Assembly: GCA_965116495.1 (NCBI GenBank)
Contig: OZ220696.1
Coordinates: 3,392,001-3,456,000, forward strand
Length of the DNA stretch: 64,000 nucleotides
Origin: Gammaproteobacteria bacterium
GTDB taxonomy: Bacteria > Pseudomonadota > Gammaproteobacteria > Eutrophobiales > Eutrophobiaceae
Reading direction: 5' to 3'
The first letter of the stretch is position 1. Each line of letters opens with the position of its first letter. The notes under the pieces are model-generated. The model was not told the origin of the DNA. It saw nothing but the letters and a program-made list of their open reading frames with translations, and searched no databases. The position numbers and the translations under genes are program-made. Shown one piece after another: positions 44,579 through 54,660 of this stretch.

Positions 44579-45691
44579 ATGGCAGAGAGTGATGTGTTAA
44601 TTCCAACAAGCATGGTCGGCAATTATCCCAACCCTCGCTGGTGGGATGCTGATTACGCCAGGTATTTTACCGGTGATCAGAACCCGCCCGATGCGATGTC
44701 CCGGGAAGCCCTGGAAGATGCAATGGCAGCAATTGCCCATGATCAGAACCACGCGGGCCTGGATATTATAGCCGACGGCCGTTTGCAAGGTGATAATTAT
44801 GCCGACGTTGCCGTGTATCATTATTTAAGGCGCATGGGTTATGACCTGTCCGGTGGTTACCTCGGGTTCCCGATCTACAGCCGGTTGCATGCCGGCACGG
44901 TCACGCAGGAAATAAAACGCCGCGGACAGATGATGGTGGAGCAGGCAAGAGCGTTGCGTGAGGTCACGGATAAACCCATCAAGATCCAGTACACGGGCAT
45001 ACAGGTTTTAGCCCAATGCACTAACGACTTGTACTACTCCAACAGCCGTGATCGCGCTATGGACGTTGCCAAGGCCATTAACGAAGATATCCTTGCCGTC
45101 GATGACCTGGGGGCCGATTATATTCAACTGGATGAATTCACCTGGCCTTATTTCTACGAGGATTGGGCTATCGAGGCTTTCAACAGGGCAGTGGAAGGCG
45201 TAAAAAATGCGAAAATCGTCTGCCACATCTGTTGGGGCAACTGGGGCGGCACCCCGGCATATTATCCTGATGATACTGCCGATGCGGGTGATGTCTATGA
45301 TTTAACGAAGCGCGCAGAGGACGCTGATGCACCGAACCCGACTTCATCAGTAGTCCCGCAATCGTATCAGGCAAACATCGATGTATTTAATATTGAAGGC
45401 ATCGGTCGTCTGCCGTTTGAAAATTCGGGTCTGGATATTCTGAAGGAACATCCCATACCGGATAATATGAAGTTCTGGGCAGGTGTAATTGACGTCAAGA
45501 ACACCATAACGGAAACGGCTGAGGATGTGGCTGCCAAGATCCGGCAATTGCTTACTGTAGTCCCTGCTGAACAATTGGGTGTGACGACTGACTGCGGCAT
45601 TATTTTATTGCAGCGATATATTGCGCAGGAAAAATTGTATGCCATGGTGGAAGGCGCCAAGATTGTGCGCGCAGAACTGGGCAAGGCATAA
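44579..45691 (+). CDS. xecA: Epoxyalkane:coenzyme M transferase (Xanthobacter XecA type)
   Basis: IPTSMVGNYPNPRWWD, GGYLGFPIYSRLHAG, zinc ligands HICWGN and TTDCG. Confidence 0.93.
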   Translation: MAESDVLIPTSMVGNYPNPRWWDADYARYFTGDQNPPDAMSREALEDAMAAIAHDQNHAGLDIIADGRLQGDNYADVAVYHYLRRMGYDLSGGYLGFPIYSRLHAGTVTQEIKRRGQMMVEQARALREVTDKPIKIQYTGIQVLAQCTNDLYYSNSRDRAMDVAKAINEDILAVDDLGADYIQLDEFTWPYFYEDWAIEAFNRAVEGVKNAKIVCHICWGNWGGTPAYYPDDTADAGDVYDLTKRAEDADAPNPTSSVVPQSYQANIDVFNIEGIGRLPFENSGLDILKEHPIPDNMKFWAGVIDVKNTITETAEDVAAKIRQLLTVVPAEQLGVTTDCGIILLQRYIAQEKLYAMVEGAKIVRAELGKA

Positions 45692-45714
45692 CGGTATCTG
45701 TACGTAGTAAACAT

Positions 45715-45753
45715 GCCGCGGGAACCTGCGACAGGTTTCCGCGGCGATGTTTT
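45715..45753 (+). terminator. Strong hairpin after xecA (terminator or mRNA stabiliser)
   Basis: gccgcgggaacctg-cga-caggtttccgcggc followed by gatgtttt. Confidence 0.55.
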
Positions 45754-45776
45754 GCCTTATCCGCTTGTGAAAACTT

Positions 45777-45971
45777 ATGCCTGTATATACCCTGCATTGT
45801 CCTGATTGTAAACGTGTATTCAAAGGCCTTGTTTTAGCCGGCACACGCGAACCTGCAGAGTGGGTGTGTTCAGTTTGCGGAGGAAATAAAGCAACAAGAA
45901 CTAATCCTGAGCAGCGAGAGGAGCACCCCCTGGAGGCAGAACACGGAGCAGGATGCCCTTGTTGTCAATAG
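45777..45971 (+). CDS. Small zinc-ribbon (FmdB-like) protein
   Basis: MPVY..CPDC..CSVCG and C-terminal CPCC; directly follows xecA. Confidence 0.7.
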   Translation: MPVYTLHCPDCKRVFKGLVLAGTREPAEWVCSVCGGNKATRTNPEQREEHPLEAEHGAGCPCCQ

Positions 45972-46121
45972 CCCGCCCGGGCGACTGCCAACATCTACAG
46001 AGACGACGAGTGGAAGTCCGCCGCGATTGATGGGCGGCGGTGCCGGCGGGTGCTTCGGATCAGCCAATCCTCGAGCCCCGGGGAACGTCAAAGTTATCAA
46101 TAACACAACGGGAGAATAGAA

Positions 46122-46892
46122 ATGGCTGACAGATTTGGTAACAAGTGTGTGATCATCACAGGAGCGGCGGGTGGTATAGGCTTTGAGGCTGCAAGGATGT
46201 TCGGGCAGGAAGGCGCCCGTGTATGTATCATGGATATAAACGAAGAAGCTGCAGACTCCGCTGTGGATCAACTAAGGAATGAAGGTATAGATGCAGTCGC
46301 ATTTCAACTTGATGTGACGGATGAGGCTGCAGTCGGACATGTTTTTGCCGGCGCGGTGGAAAACTTCTCCGGAAAAGTTGATATTCTTGTCAACAATGCA
46401 GGAATCGCTGATTTTGGTTCCGTTGAGACAACCGATACGGCAATATGGCGGCGTATCATGGATGTCAATGTCACCGCGACCTATTTTTGCTCGCGCGCCG
46501 TCCTGCCGGTTATGCGGAAACATGGCGGCGGCGCCATCGTCAACTTTGGTTCTGTTGCGGGTCATGCAGGGATCAACAATATGGCGGCATATTGCAGCGC
46601 GAAAGCTGCCGTGATCGGGCTGACAAAACAAATGGCGGCGCAATATTCGGCTGAAGGCATCCGGGTTAACTGCGTGAGCCCGGGTACGGTGGCAACAACG
46701 GCGATGGGTCACCAGTTACTTGGCAGCGATACGTCGGACGAGGCACAGAGGCGGCGCCTGTCCAAGTACCCGATAGGGCGCTTTGGTGAACCTGGGGAAA
46801 TCGCCCGGGCAGTATTATTCCTGGCTTCTGAAGAAGCGAGTTTTTGCTGTGGTTCTGATTTTGCGGTAGACGGCGGTATGACCGCTATTTAG
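46122..46892 (+). CDS. xecE: 2-(S)-hydroxypropyl-CoM dehydrogenase (SDR)
   Basis: NFGSVAG, MAAYCSAK, QLLGSDTS..RRLSKYPIGRFG match recalled XecE with Arg/Lys sulfonate ligands. Confidence 0.87.
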   Translation: MADRFGNKCVIITGAAGGIGFEAARMFGQEGARVCIMDINEEAADSAVDQLRNEGIDAVAFQLDVTDEAAVGHVFAGAVENFSGKVDILVNNAGIADFGSVETTDTAIWRRIMDVNVTATYFCSRAVLPVMRKHGGGAIVNFGSVAGHAGINNMAAYCSAKAAVIGLTKQMAAQYSAEGIRVNCVSPGTVATTAMGHQLLGSDTSDEAQRRRLSKYPIGRFGEPGEIARAVLFLASEEASFCCGSDFAVDGGMTAI

Positions 46893-47080
46893 CCCGGATT
46901 TCTCGCCAGGACAGCCGATTTGCACAGCGACAGCTGCCCGAAGGGTTGCGGCCTGGGATGGACGCAATGAACGCATCAAGCGCAGTCTGTAATGACGGAA
47001 TATTGGGAATATTGCCATAACTTATTGACAGCAAACATGTATCTGATAGCAACCAGCGACCTGGTGAGAAATCCGGGTTA
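46890..47080. mobile_element. MITE-like element, copy 3 (shortened, opposite orientation)
   Basis: TIR tagcccggatttctcgccagg / cctggtgagaaatccgggtta; its first TAG is the xecE stop codon. Confidence 0.8.
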
Positions 47081-47089
47081 AAGGAGGTA

Positions 47090-48016
47090 TTGGTGTACAC
47101 ATACGAGAATAAGGAATGCAGTCTCAGGGAGCTGGTCAGTCACGTCAAGCGTGATGACTGTGTCGCGGTAGGCGGCGGTTTGTCCTGGCGCGAGCCCATG
47201 GCCGCGCTGCGCGAGTTGATCCGCCAGGGTACCGGCAATCTTACGGTTGTGGGTTCCGCCCACGGTATCGACATCGACCTTTTATGCGGCGCAGGGCTGG
47301 TCGCCGTAAGCGGTGAATCCTACGTGGGGTTTGAACAGGATTTCGGCATGGCGCCAAATTATCGGCGCGCCTGCGAATCCGGGCAGGTGCGGGTGGCCGA
47401 CAGTTGTTGTTATACCCTGGTGCAACAGTTGCGGGCAGCAATAGCCGGCATACCGTTTATGCCGATGCGCTCGGTCCAGGGCAGCAGCTTTATGAATTTG
47501 CACCCTGAATACAAAACCATGACCTGTCCTTATAGCGGTGATGAACTGGTCCTGGTGCCGGCATTACAACCCGATATCGCCATACTCCACGCACAATATG
47601 CCGACAAACACGGGAATTTGCATATTGAAGGTCCGCCGGTTGCTGATATCCTGTCCGCCAAGGCGGCCAGGAAGGTGATTGCGACGGTGGAAAAAATCAT
47701 CCCCCGGGAAGAGTTGACGAGAAAAGGCGTCACCATCCCCTATTTCTATGTGACCGCAATAAGCGAGGTAGCCTACGGTGCGCACCCGACCTCCTGTTAC
47801 CCTTTTTATGCCTATGATCGGGAGCATACCTCGCGGTATTATGAGGCGGCCAGGGTCAGCCGGGAAACGTTTGCCGAGTCGTATCTGCAACCCTACATAT
47901 TCAACATTTCTTCCAATGAAGATTACATCAGCGCCGTTGGCGGTGAAGAAAGACTGAAAAAACTGCGCGAATGGAATAGCGGCGCCCAACAATGGATGGC
48001 TCTCTATGCTGGATAA
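47090..48016 (+). CDS. CoA transferase subunit A (GctA-like)
   Basis: REPMAALRELIRQG, LVPALQPDIAILHAQ.AD..GN, GAHPTSC. Confidence 0.88.
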   Translation: MVYTYENKECSLRELVSHVKRDDCVAVGGGLSWREPMAALRELIRQGTGNLTVVGSAHGIDIDLLCGAGLVAVSGESYVGFEQDFGMAPNYRRACESGQVRVADSCCYTLVQQLRAAIAGIPFMPMRSVQGSSFMNLHPEYKTMTCPYSGDELVLVPALQPDIAILHAQYADKHGNLHIEGPPVADILSAKAARKVIATVEKIIPREELTRKGVTIPYFYVTAISEVAYGAHPTSCYPFYAYDREHTSRYYEAARVSRETFAESYLQPYIFNISSNEDYISAVGGEERLKKLREWNSGAQQWMALYAG

Positions 48017-48866
48017 GACCAGACCGGTATCTTGCACCCTGGGTGAGTTGTTGATATATCAACTCTCACTGACTGTTAATGATGGCATTCTTGCCTTTCA
48101 CGGCTTCGGTTCCCCGCTGGTTCAACTGGCCTTGCACCTGGCCAAACGCAATCATGCCCCCAACATGGTATTGATTGCCGGCGCCACCTACGGCGTAAAC
48201 CCGAACCCACCTTTCCTGACACCCACGTCAAATGACTGGGTTATGAGTCAGGAAGCCGAATGTTTCCTGGATATCGAGGAGTTGTTTGATATCGGCGCCA
48301 GCGGGCGCCTGGGCCGGATGTTCCTGTCCGGTTTGCAGATTGATAAATGGGGCAATATGAACGTGACCCGCCTGGGCGGCGATGACAGCTTGAAACTGAA
48401 ATTACCGGGTGGGGGAGGGGGCTGCAACCTGTCCTGCGACGTCGAAAACATAACGATATGGACAGGCGCACACAGGGCGCCGGCTGATGACAGAGGCCGC
48501 AGGCGTTTTCGCCTGGTTGATACCTGTGATTTTATCACCAGCGTCGGCCACCGTACCGTCGATGATCAGGCGCGTGACGAAATGCCTTACCGGGGCGGTG
48601 GTCCTGATTGCATTATCACCGACCTGGGTGTCTTTGATTTTGATGATTCCGGCCATGCACGCCTGGCTGCCGTCTACCCGGATACTGATGCAGATCTGGT
48701 CCGGGAAAATACGGAATTTACCTTCCCGCTGGGGGAAGACCTCTCAATGGTCGATCTGCCGTCACCGGACATGATTGAATTTATCAGGGCAATGGACCCG
48801 ATGAAAATTCACCATCGGGAACTCAGACGGAGTGATCACGGCCGGACATTTGATCTGGCAGTCTGA
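48006..48866 (+). CDS. CoA transferase subunit B (GctB-like)
   Basis: QIDKWGNMN, LPGGGG, CDFITSVG, IITDLGVFDF. Confidence 0.87.
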   Translation: MLDKTRPVSCTLGELLIYQLSLTVNDGILAFHGFGSPLVQLALHLAKRNHAPNMVLIAGATYGVNPNPPFLTPTSNDWVMSQEAECFLDIEELFDIGASGRLGRMFLSGLQIDKWGNMNVTRLGGDDSLKLKLPGGGGGCNLSCDVENITIWTGAHRAPADDRGRRRFRLVDTCDFITSVGHRTVDDQARDEMPYRGGGPDCIITDLGVFDFDDSGHARLAAVYPDTDADLVRENTEFTFPLGEDLSMVDLPSPDMIEFIRAMDPMKIHHRELRRSDHGRTFDLAV

Positions 48867-48886
48867 ATACCGGCTCGGAGCGAACA

Positions 48887-49801
48887 ATGGGCGGTGAAAT
48901 ATTACAGACAGGAGGTCTCAGACAACAACTGAATTTTGTTCCCCTGCCTTATCGCCGCGTCAGTTTCCAGCCATACAACGGCGCAATGACTGCGACTGGT
49001 ATTGAGAATCACATCAGCTCCCGTGAAGTCTACCGCCGTACAGACATCATCGTATTGCATAATGACGAGCAGGAATATGCGGTGGTTGCGGTTCAACGAG
49101 AATCCTCCGCAGATCTGTTCAACCGTGTTGATAAAGTAGAAGTCCTGGCGCTGCCGGAGGACTGTATTTTTCTGGAAAGCCCGGGGACGGACCCGGCTAA
49201 CCGCTCCGCCCTGGCAAAACTGGCAGTCGATAACAATGTGTCCAGTGACAAAACGGTCATTGTAGTGGGCACGTTTGACCACGTGAATATCATCCATCGC
49301 CCGGACCCGCTGATACTGCGCGTAGTAGAGGTAGTACCGCCGGAGCCGCCCAAGTTGTACCACATGGTGGAACAGGTGCTGGGCTATGCCGACCTGCCTC
49401 CCGTTGTGCCCCGGCTGGAACAGATCGAACTCGTCGAGTTATGTAAATCCGTCACGCCCGAGGCCTACCTGGTGCCCTGCCGTTCGGGCGGGCTGGACGA
49501 CCTGGGCGCGCCGGTATTTTTTCTGGATGAACGCCCGGAAAAAAGGGAAAACTGGACCCTGGTGGGCTGTGAGCGGAGTCTGCAGTTTCACCGGCATTAT
49601 TACGATGATGAACCGCCGCAGGTGGAGATGTGTCCGCGCCGCATAGTAAACAGGGACGGTGAAAAAACCATATTGAAATGTTGCCTGCTGGAATTTGACG
49701 TCGAGCAGGAGGGCGAACTGGCAGTGGTTCCATGGGGCGCCGACCTGCCCATGGTGGAACGGGCATTGAGAGAGATATCCAGGGGTGTGAATTATGCCTG
49801 A
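48887..49801 (+). CDS. Cys-containing hypothetical protein heading the CoM biosynthesis block
   Basis: Overlaps the comA start; LVPC, LVGCERS..FH, MCPR and KCC motifs. Confidence 0.7.
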   Translation: MGGEILQTGGLRQQLNFVPLPYRRVSFQPYNGAMTATGIENHISSREVYRRTDIIVLHNDEQEYAVVAVQRESSADLFNRVDKVEVLALPEDCIFLESPGTDPANRSALAKLAVDNNVSSDKTVIVVGTFDHVNIIHRPDPLILRVVEVVPPEPPKLYHMVEQVLGYADLPPVVPRLEQIELVELCKSVTPEAYLVPCRSGGLDDLGAPVFFLDERPEKRENWTLVGCERSLQFHRHYYDDEPPQVEMCPRRIVNRDGEKTILKCCLLEFDVEQEGELAVVPWGADLPMVERALREISRGVNYA

Positions 49802-50660
49802 ACTGGCCTGGAGCAGGATCATCAAGAGCACACGCGACCCCCGCACCGATAAACCGCGCCGGCAGGGAATTACCATGGTGAACGATACCGGGAGCGGCCT
49901 GTATGAAACCAGGGACGCGTTGTCGATTTCATCACACCTGACGGATTTGTGGAAATTCAGCTTCGGTACATCGGCATTCATGGACAGGCGGGTGGTCATG
50001 GAAAAACTTGAGCTGCTCAACAGCAATAACATACTGACTTTCCCGGGAGGCACCCTGCTGGAAGTCGCGCTGGTTGAACACCACTGCCGCGTCTACATGC
50101 ACCACGCAAAGAAACTGGGCTTCAAGGCGGTCGAGATTTCCGATGGAACCATATCCATTCCGCGCTTTCGAAGAAAAAATATTATTGATTGTGCGCTGAG
50201 CGCAGGCCTTGTTGCGATCACCGAAGTCGGAAAAAAAGACCCTAAACGGCAGCCGACGAGCGAACAACTGGCAACGGAGGCGCTGGAAGACCTGGAATGG
50301 GGAGCCGAATGGGTCATTGTCGAAGGAAGGGAAAGTGGAGTAGGGATCGGTATATACGATGAGTATGGCCATGTGGAAGAGATCGAGGTAGACAGGATTT
50401 TGGAAATTATGGGAGATAAGATAAATCGGCTGATCTGGGAGGCGCCGCTGAGGTCGCAACAATCGTTCCTGATAGAACGCTTTGGAAGTAATGTCAATAT
50501 CGGCAATATCGAATGCAACGAAGTCCTGGCCCTGGAAGCGCTTAGAAATGGCCTGAGATTTGAAACATTGCATGGCGTTACGAAGGACCTGATGAAAAGC
50601 GGTCGTTGGGACCCCAATGAAGTTGAGCCTGACAGTACGGATGTCAAGGGTACCGACTGA
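49794..50660 (+). CDS. comA: Phosphosulfolactate synthase (ComA / XcbB-like)
   Basis: KPRRQGITMV.D.G, KFSFGTS, PGGTLLE, EISDG, EVGKK, VEGRESG, LIWEAP, LEALRNGLR. Confidence 0.93.
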   Translation: MPELAWSRIIKSTRDPRTDKPRRQGITMVNDTGSGLYETRDALSISSHLTDLWKFSFGTSAFMDRRVVMEKLELLNSNNILTFPGGTLLEVALVEHHCRVYMHHAKKLGFKAVEISDGTISIPRFRRKNIIDCALSAGLVAITEVGKKDPKRQPTSEQLATEALEDLEWGAEWVIVEGRESGVGIGIYDEYGHVEEIEVDRILEIMGDKINRLIWEAPLRSQQSFLIERFGSNVNIGNIECNEVLALEALRNGLRFETLHGVTKDLMKSGRWDPNEVEPDSTDVKGTD

Positions 50661-50667
50661 AAAATCA

Positions 50668-52176
50668 ATGGGCAAATCCCATACTCCAGGGAAAAGCGGC
50701 CAGGCGGTTCTTGAGCGGGACAGACTGAAATCAGCGCCGGCAGCCAGCCTGGTAGGTTCCGCTTTCTCACAGGAACTCAAACAACAACTGGGCCTGTTTT
50801 CCGCCATGGGACTGGTTGACCTGGCCTATACGATTACCGGGATAAATACCGGTATCATCCCCGCCGGGAAGGGAGGCGAACTGTTGGCAGAGTTACTCGA
50901 ATTACATTCACGGCCGAACAGTTTTACCCCCGGGCCGGAAGCAGGCGATTTATATACCAACAGGGAAGCATGGTTACGGCAACGGACGGATTCGGTCGGG
51001 TGGCTCGGCGCAGGAAGAGCGCGGCGGGAAGCGACAACCTCTGCTTTCCATGTTTTACTGAGACGGCTGCTGCTGGAATTACTTGCTTCACTTGCTGAAT
51101 TCGGACAGGCGCTGAAGCAACGGGCAGGAAACTTCAAGCAGGCGTATGTACCGGATTACACTTACCTGCAGGCGGCGCAGCCGACAACCTTCGGCCATTA
51201 CCTGGCCGGCTTTGTCTTCCCCGTACTCAGGGATTGCGAACGGATTCAACAACTGTATCGCCGCGTCAATTCCAGTCCGATGGGCTGCGGCAGTACCACG
51301 GGTTCGCGACTGGCCGTAGACAGGCGGCAAATGGCGGATTTGCTCGGCTTTGATGCCCTGAGCATCCACACCCGCGATGCGATGTGGCAACCCGATATAC
51401 CCATCGAAAGCGCAGCCGTATTCTGTAGTTGCGCAGTGAATATGAGCCGCCTGGCTGAAGACCTGCAAATATTTTCCAGCCAGGGATTTGTCCTGGTGGA
51501 ACTGGCGGACCAGCATGCCCGCGCCAGCAGGATCATGCCCCAGAAGAAAAACCCGTTTGCGCTGACACATGTCCGCAGCGTATGCAATGAACTGATGGGG
51601 TTGATGACTTCCGTGAACGCCATGGCAAGGACCCCGACAGGACAACCTGATAACAGGCTGTGGATATACGGCGCCGTACCCGATGCCGTATCCAACCTGA
51701 TTAATGCCGTCTACCTGATGACCGACGTGGTCCTGAATATGGAGTTGAAGCATGAACGCGCAAGAGAACTCCTGGATGATCCTTCGATCATGGCGACCGA
51801 TTTGGCGGAAACCCTGGTTCTGCGCGGCGAAATCGACTATCGGAGCGCCTATGAACTGGTCGCAAGCCTGTTCCATGGGGGCACGGAAGGCGGAATAAAC
51901 AATATCAATGCGTCAATTCTCAAGCAGGCGGCTGCATCAGTTCTGGGCCGTGAAATATCGATCAGTGACGAGGATATCAAACAGGCGCTGGACCCTGGCC
52001 TGGCCTTGGAAGCGCACACCGAACCGGGTACTCCGGCGCTGGGATCAATGGATGAAATGCTGGAAGGCTGTGGGAAGGAATTGCAACTGATCGGGGAAAA
52101 CGCAGAGCAGGGCAAACAGCGTCTGCTGCGCATTGAAAAGCAGTTGCTGGACACGACGCGGCAGTACCCGGGGTAA
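50668..52176 (+). CDS. Argininosuccinate-lyase-like enzyme (XcbC-like)
   Basis: AGRARRE, DYTYLQAAQP, ASRIMPQKKNP; follows comA. Confidence 0.85.
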   Translation: MGKSHTPGKSGQAVLERDRLKSAPAASLVGSAFSQELKQQLGLFSAMGLVDLAYTITGINTGIIPAGKGGELLAELLELHSRPNSFTPGPEAGDLYTNREAWLRQRTDSVGWLGAGRARREATTSAFHVLLRRLLLELLASLAEFGQALKQRAGNFKQAYVPDYTYLQAAQPTTFGHYLAGFVFPVLRDCERIQQLYRRVNSSPMGCGSTTGSRLAVDRRQMADLLGFDALSIHTRDAMWQPDIPIESAAVFCSCAVNMSRLAEDLQIFSSQGFVLVELADQHARASRIMPQKKNPFALTHVRSVCNELMGLMTSVNAMARTPTGQPDNRLWIYGAVPDAVSNLINAVYLMTDVVLNMELKHERARELLDDPSIMATDLAETLVLRGEIDYRSAYELVASLFHGGTEGGINNINASILKQAAASVLGREISISDEDIKQALDPGLALEAHTEPGTPALGSMDEMLEGCGKELQLIGENAEQGKQRLLRIEKQLLDTTRQYPG

Positions 52177-52183
52177 AGACGGA

Positions 52184-53539
52184 ATGGTTACGCATATCAG
52201 TGATTTCACCATTTACGGTTCGTCATGGACTACGCCCGAAACCAGGGAACTGTTCTCGGAAACAGGCCTGGTGCGCGGTTGGATGGAAGTGATGACCGTC
52301 CTGGCGGAAGCCCAGGCAGAGCACGAATTGATACCTGTTGAAGCGGCCCGGGGGATCCGTACAACTTTCGAGAACTTGGTTGTCGATGAAGAGTTTTTAA
52401 CTGAGGCGGGAGAGGATTTCAGGAAGACCAACCATTCACTGATCGGTCTGATCAAGGCAATGCAAAAGAGATGTGGCGACCCTGGGGAATGGCTGTGCTA
52501 CGGAGCGACGGTTCACGATATTACGGATACCCATATGTGCAGGACCCTGGTTGCCGTCCTGGACCTGTTTGTGAAACGTGTCATACAGGTAGAAAAGTAC
52601 CTTGTTGCGCTGGCCCTGGAACACAAGGACACGGCAATGTGCGGCCGTACCCATGGTCAAATCGGGTTACCTGTCACATTCGGCTACAAGGCCGCGAACT
52701 GGCTTGATGAGTTTGAACGCCACCGGCAGCGGTTGCGTGATATGAGGTTCCGGCTGGCAGTCGGCCAGCTTGCCGGCGGGGTTGGCAGTCTGTCATCCCT
52801 GGGTCCCCGGGCGCAGGCTATCCAGGAGGCGTTTTGCGGGAAGCTGGGTCTTTCGCCGCCACCCATCTCCTGGACGACCACCCGGGACCGTTATGCCGAG
52901 TGGTTGAACAACCTGGCGTTAATTGGCGCCAGCGGGGACCGTATCGGTCAGGAGATTTATAACTTGCAGCGGCCGGAAATCGGTGAGGTCGCCGAGGGTT
53001 TTATCAGCGGCACCGTGGGCAGTATTACCATGCCGCAAAAAAGGAACCCGGAAATATCCGAACACCTGGGCACCTTGTCCCGCCTGGTGCGTCATCATGC
53101 TGCCTGGATGATGGAAAACCTGGTCCATGATCACGAGCGTGACGGCAGGTCGTGGAAAGGTGAGTGGCTGATCATACCGGAGAGCAGCCTGGTAACCGAT
53201 AAAGTGCTGGTATTGCTGCAATCACTGTTGTCGAACCTGGTAGTCAATAAAGAAAGAATGCTGGAGAACCTGGCAGGCACCAACGGCATGATTTATTCGG
53301 AAGCGGTTATGCTTAAACTGTCGGCCAGGACAGGTAAACAGACAGCCCACCGGTATGTTTATGACTGCGCCATGCAGGCGCACGAAACAGGCCGTCACCT
53401 GAAAACGATCCTGGTTGAGGATGCGGATGTCGCGCAATGGCTCAGCCCCGCTGAACTGGATGAATGCTTTGAATTGAACAACAGCACAGGTCATTGTTCC
53501 GCCATGGTGGAGCGGATGGTCGCAGGGATAGATTTGTAA
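52184..53539 (+). CDS. Adenylosuccinate-lyase-like enzyme (XcbD-like)
   Basis: GATVHDITDT, GRTHGQ, GSITMPQKRNP, HDHERD. Confidence 0.85.
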   Translation: MVTHISDFTIYGSSWTTPETRELFSETGLVRGWMEVMTVLAEAQAEHELIPVEAARGIRTTFENLVVDEEFLTEAGEDFRKTNHSLIGLIKAMQKRCGDPGEWLCYGATVHDITDTHMCRTLVAVLDLFVKRVIQVEKYLVALALEHKDTAMCGRTHGQIGLPVTFGYKAANWLDEFERHRQRLRDMRFRLAVGQLAGGVGSLSSLGPRAQAIQEAFCGKLGLSPPPISWTTTRDRYAEWLNNLALIGASGDRIGQEIYNLQRPEIGEVAEGFISGTVGSITMPQKRNPEISEHLGTLSRLVRHHAAWMMENLVHDHERDGRSWKGEWLIIPESSLVTDKVLVLLQSLLSNLVVNKERMLENLAGTNGMIYSEAVMLKLSARTGKQTAHRYVYDCAMQAHETGRHLKTILVEDADVAQWLSPAELDECFELNNSTGHCSAMVERMVAGIDL

Positions 53540-54543
53540 TGAGTTCATCATTTGACGATATCATCAATAAAATCCCGCGCTACCACCTGGCCCGGTATCC
53601 CACTCCACTGATACAGGCCGAACTGCTACGAAAGGAAATCGGAGGACCGGATATCTGGTTCAAACGGGACGATTTAATCAGTTTCGCCATGGGTGGCAAC
53701 AAGGTGCGCGGACTGGAGGTGATATTGCAGGATGCAGTAAATAACCGCGCCGACACCCTGGTCACCGGCGCCGGCGTGCAGTCCAACCATGTCCGGGCAA
53801 CCGCCGCAGTCGCCGCCTACAAAAAACTGGACTGTGTCGCCATTTACTGGGGTGATGAGCCGGGGTCGGTCGATGGAAATTATCGTGTAACGAAAATGCT
53901 CGGCGCAGAGATTCGATTCACCGGAAACCCCGAAAGGAGTTCAGTTGACGGCTATATCAGTGCCGTGGCAGACGATCTGAAAAGTCGGGGAAAGCGTCCT
54001 TATCCCATACCGAGGGGCGGCGCTTGTGCCATGGGGGCGCTGGGCCATGTCATCGCAGTGCGGGAACTCCAGTTACAATGCGAACAATACGGTATCGAAC
54101 CGGACGCAATCGTCTTTCCATTGGGCTCCGGCGGCACTTACGCCGGTTGGTTGTTGGGACTGCGGTTGCTTGGGCTTGACTGGCAGATAGAATGCTTTAC
54201 GGTCAGTAGAGAGCCGGATGAAGTGGCCGGGCAGGTCGCAATACTGGCAACGGAAGCGGCAAGCCTGCTTGATATGGATATCAGCTTCACAAAGGCAGAC
54301 GCGCCGGTTCATGGCGGCTTCATAGGTGAGGGTTACGGAATCCCGAGCCCCGAAGGCGCTGCAGCAATTCGGACTACGAGCAGATCTGCAGGGCTGCTTC
54401 TGGATCCTACCTATACAGGCAAGGCCATGGCCGGCTACCTCGATGGCTTGCATCGGGGAAAATTCAATCACTACCAAACCGTAGTATTCATTCATACCGG
54501 CGGTGAACCGGCATTTTTTGCCGGTGACGGGGAATGGCTATGA
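53539..54543 (+). CDS. PLP-dependent D-cysteine desulfhydrase-family enzyme (XcbE-like)
   Basis: KRDD, GGNKVR, QSNH, GSGGT, LDPTYTGK, FIHTGG. Confidence 0.88.
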   Translation: MSSSFDDIINKIPRYHLARYPTPLIQAELLRKEIGGPDIWFKRDDLISFAMGGNKVRGLEVILQDAVNNRADTLVTGAGVQSNHVRATAAVAAYKKLDCVAIYWGDEPGSVDGNYRVTKMLGAEIRFTGNPERSSVDGYISAVADDLKSRGKRPYPIPRGGACAMGALGHVIAVRELQLQCEQYGIEPDAIVFPLGSGGTYAGWLLGLRLLGLDWQIECFTVSREPDEVAGQVAILATEAASLLDMDISFTKADAPVHGGFIGEGYGIPSPEGAAAIRTTSRSAGLLLDPTYTGKAMAGYLDGLHRGKFNHYQTVVFIHTGGEPAFFAGDGEWL

Positions 54544-54551
54544 CTATCCCC

Positions 54552-54630
54552 GTCATTCCGGGATGTTCGTCAATCCTGACTGTTTGTCATACCGGTCTGT
54601 TTGTCATTCCGGGCTCGACCCGGAATCCAG
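54552..54630 (+). repeat. REP-like palindrome with partial tandem copies
   Basis: gtcattccgggctcgacccggaatccag at 54603-54630 preceded by gtcattccggg and gtcataccgg fragments. Confidence 0.75.
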
Positions 54631-54660
54631 TCGTATTCCTGCCAGTAATGGAGAACAGTT

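Noticed and set aside
44579-45691. Cobalamin-independent methionine synthase
   Set aside because: Same superfamily, but sequence and context match epoxyalkane:CoM transferase.
45969-46100. Possible structured RNA or MITE remnant (starts tagcccgc; ccgccgc/gcggcgg stem)
   Set aside because: No matching second TIR and no recognisable riboswitch consensus; too weak to call.
50668-53539. Housekeeping argH and purB
   Set aside because: Divergent motifs (TYLQ instead of THLQ, ASRIMPQK) and position between comA and the PLP enzyme indicate CoM biosynthesis paralogues.
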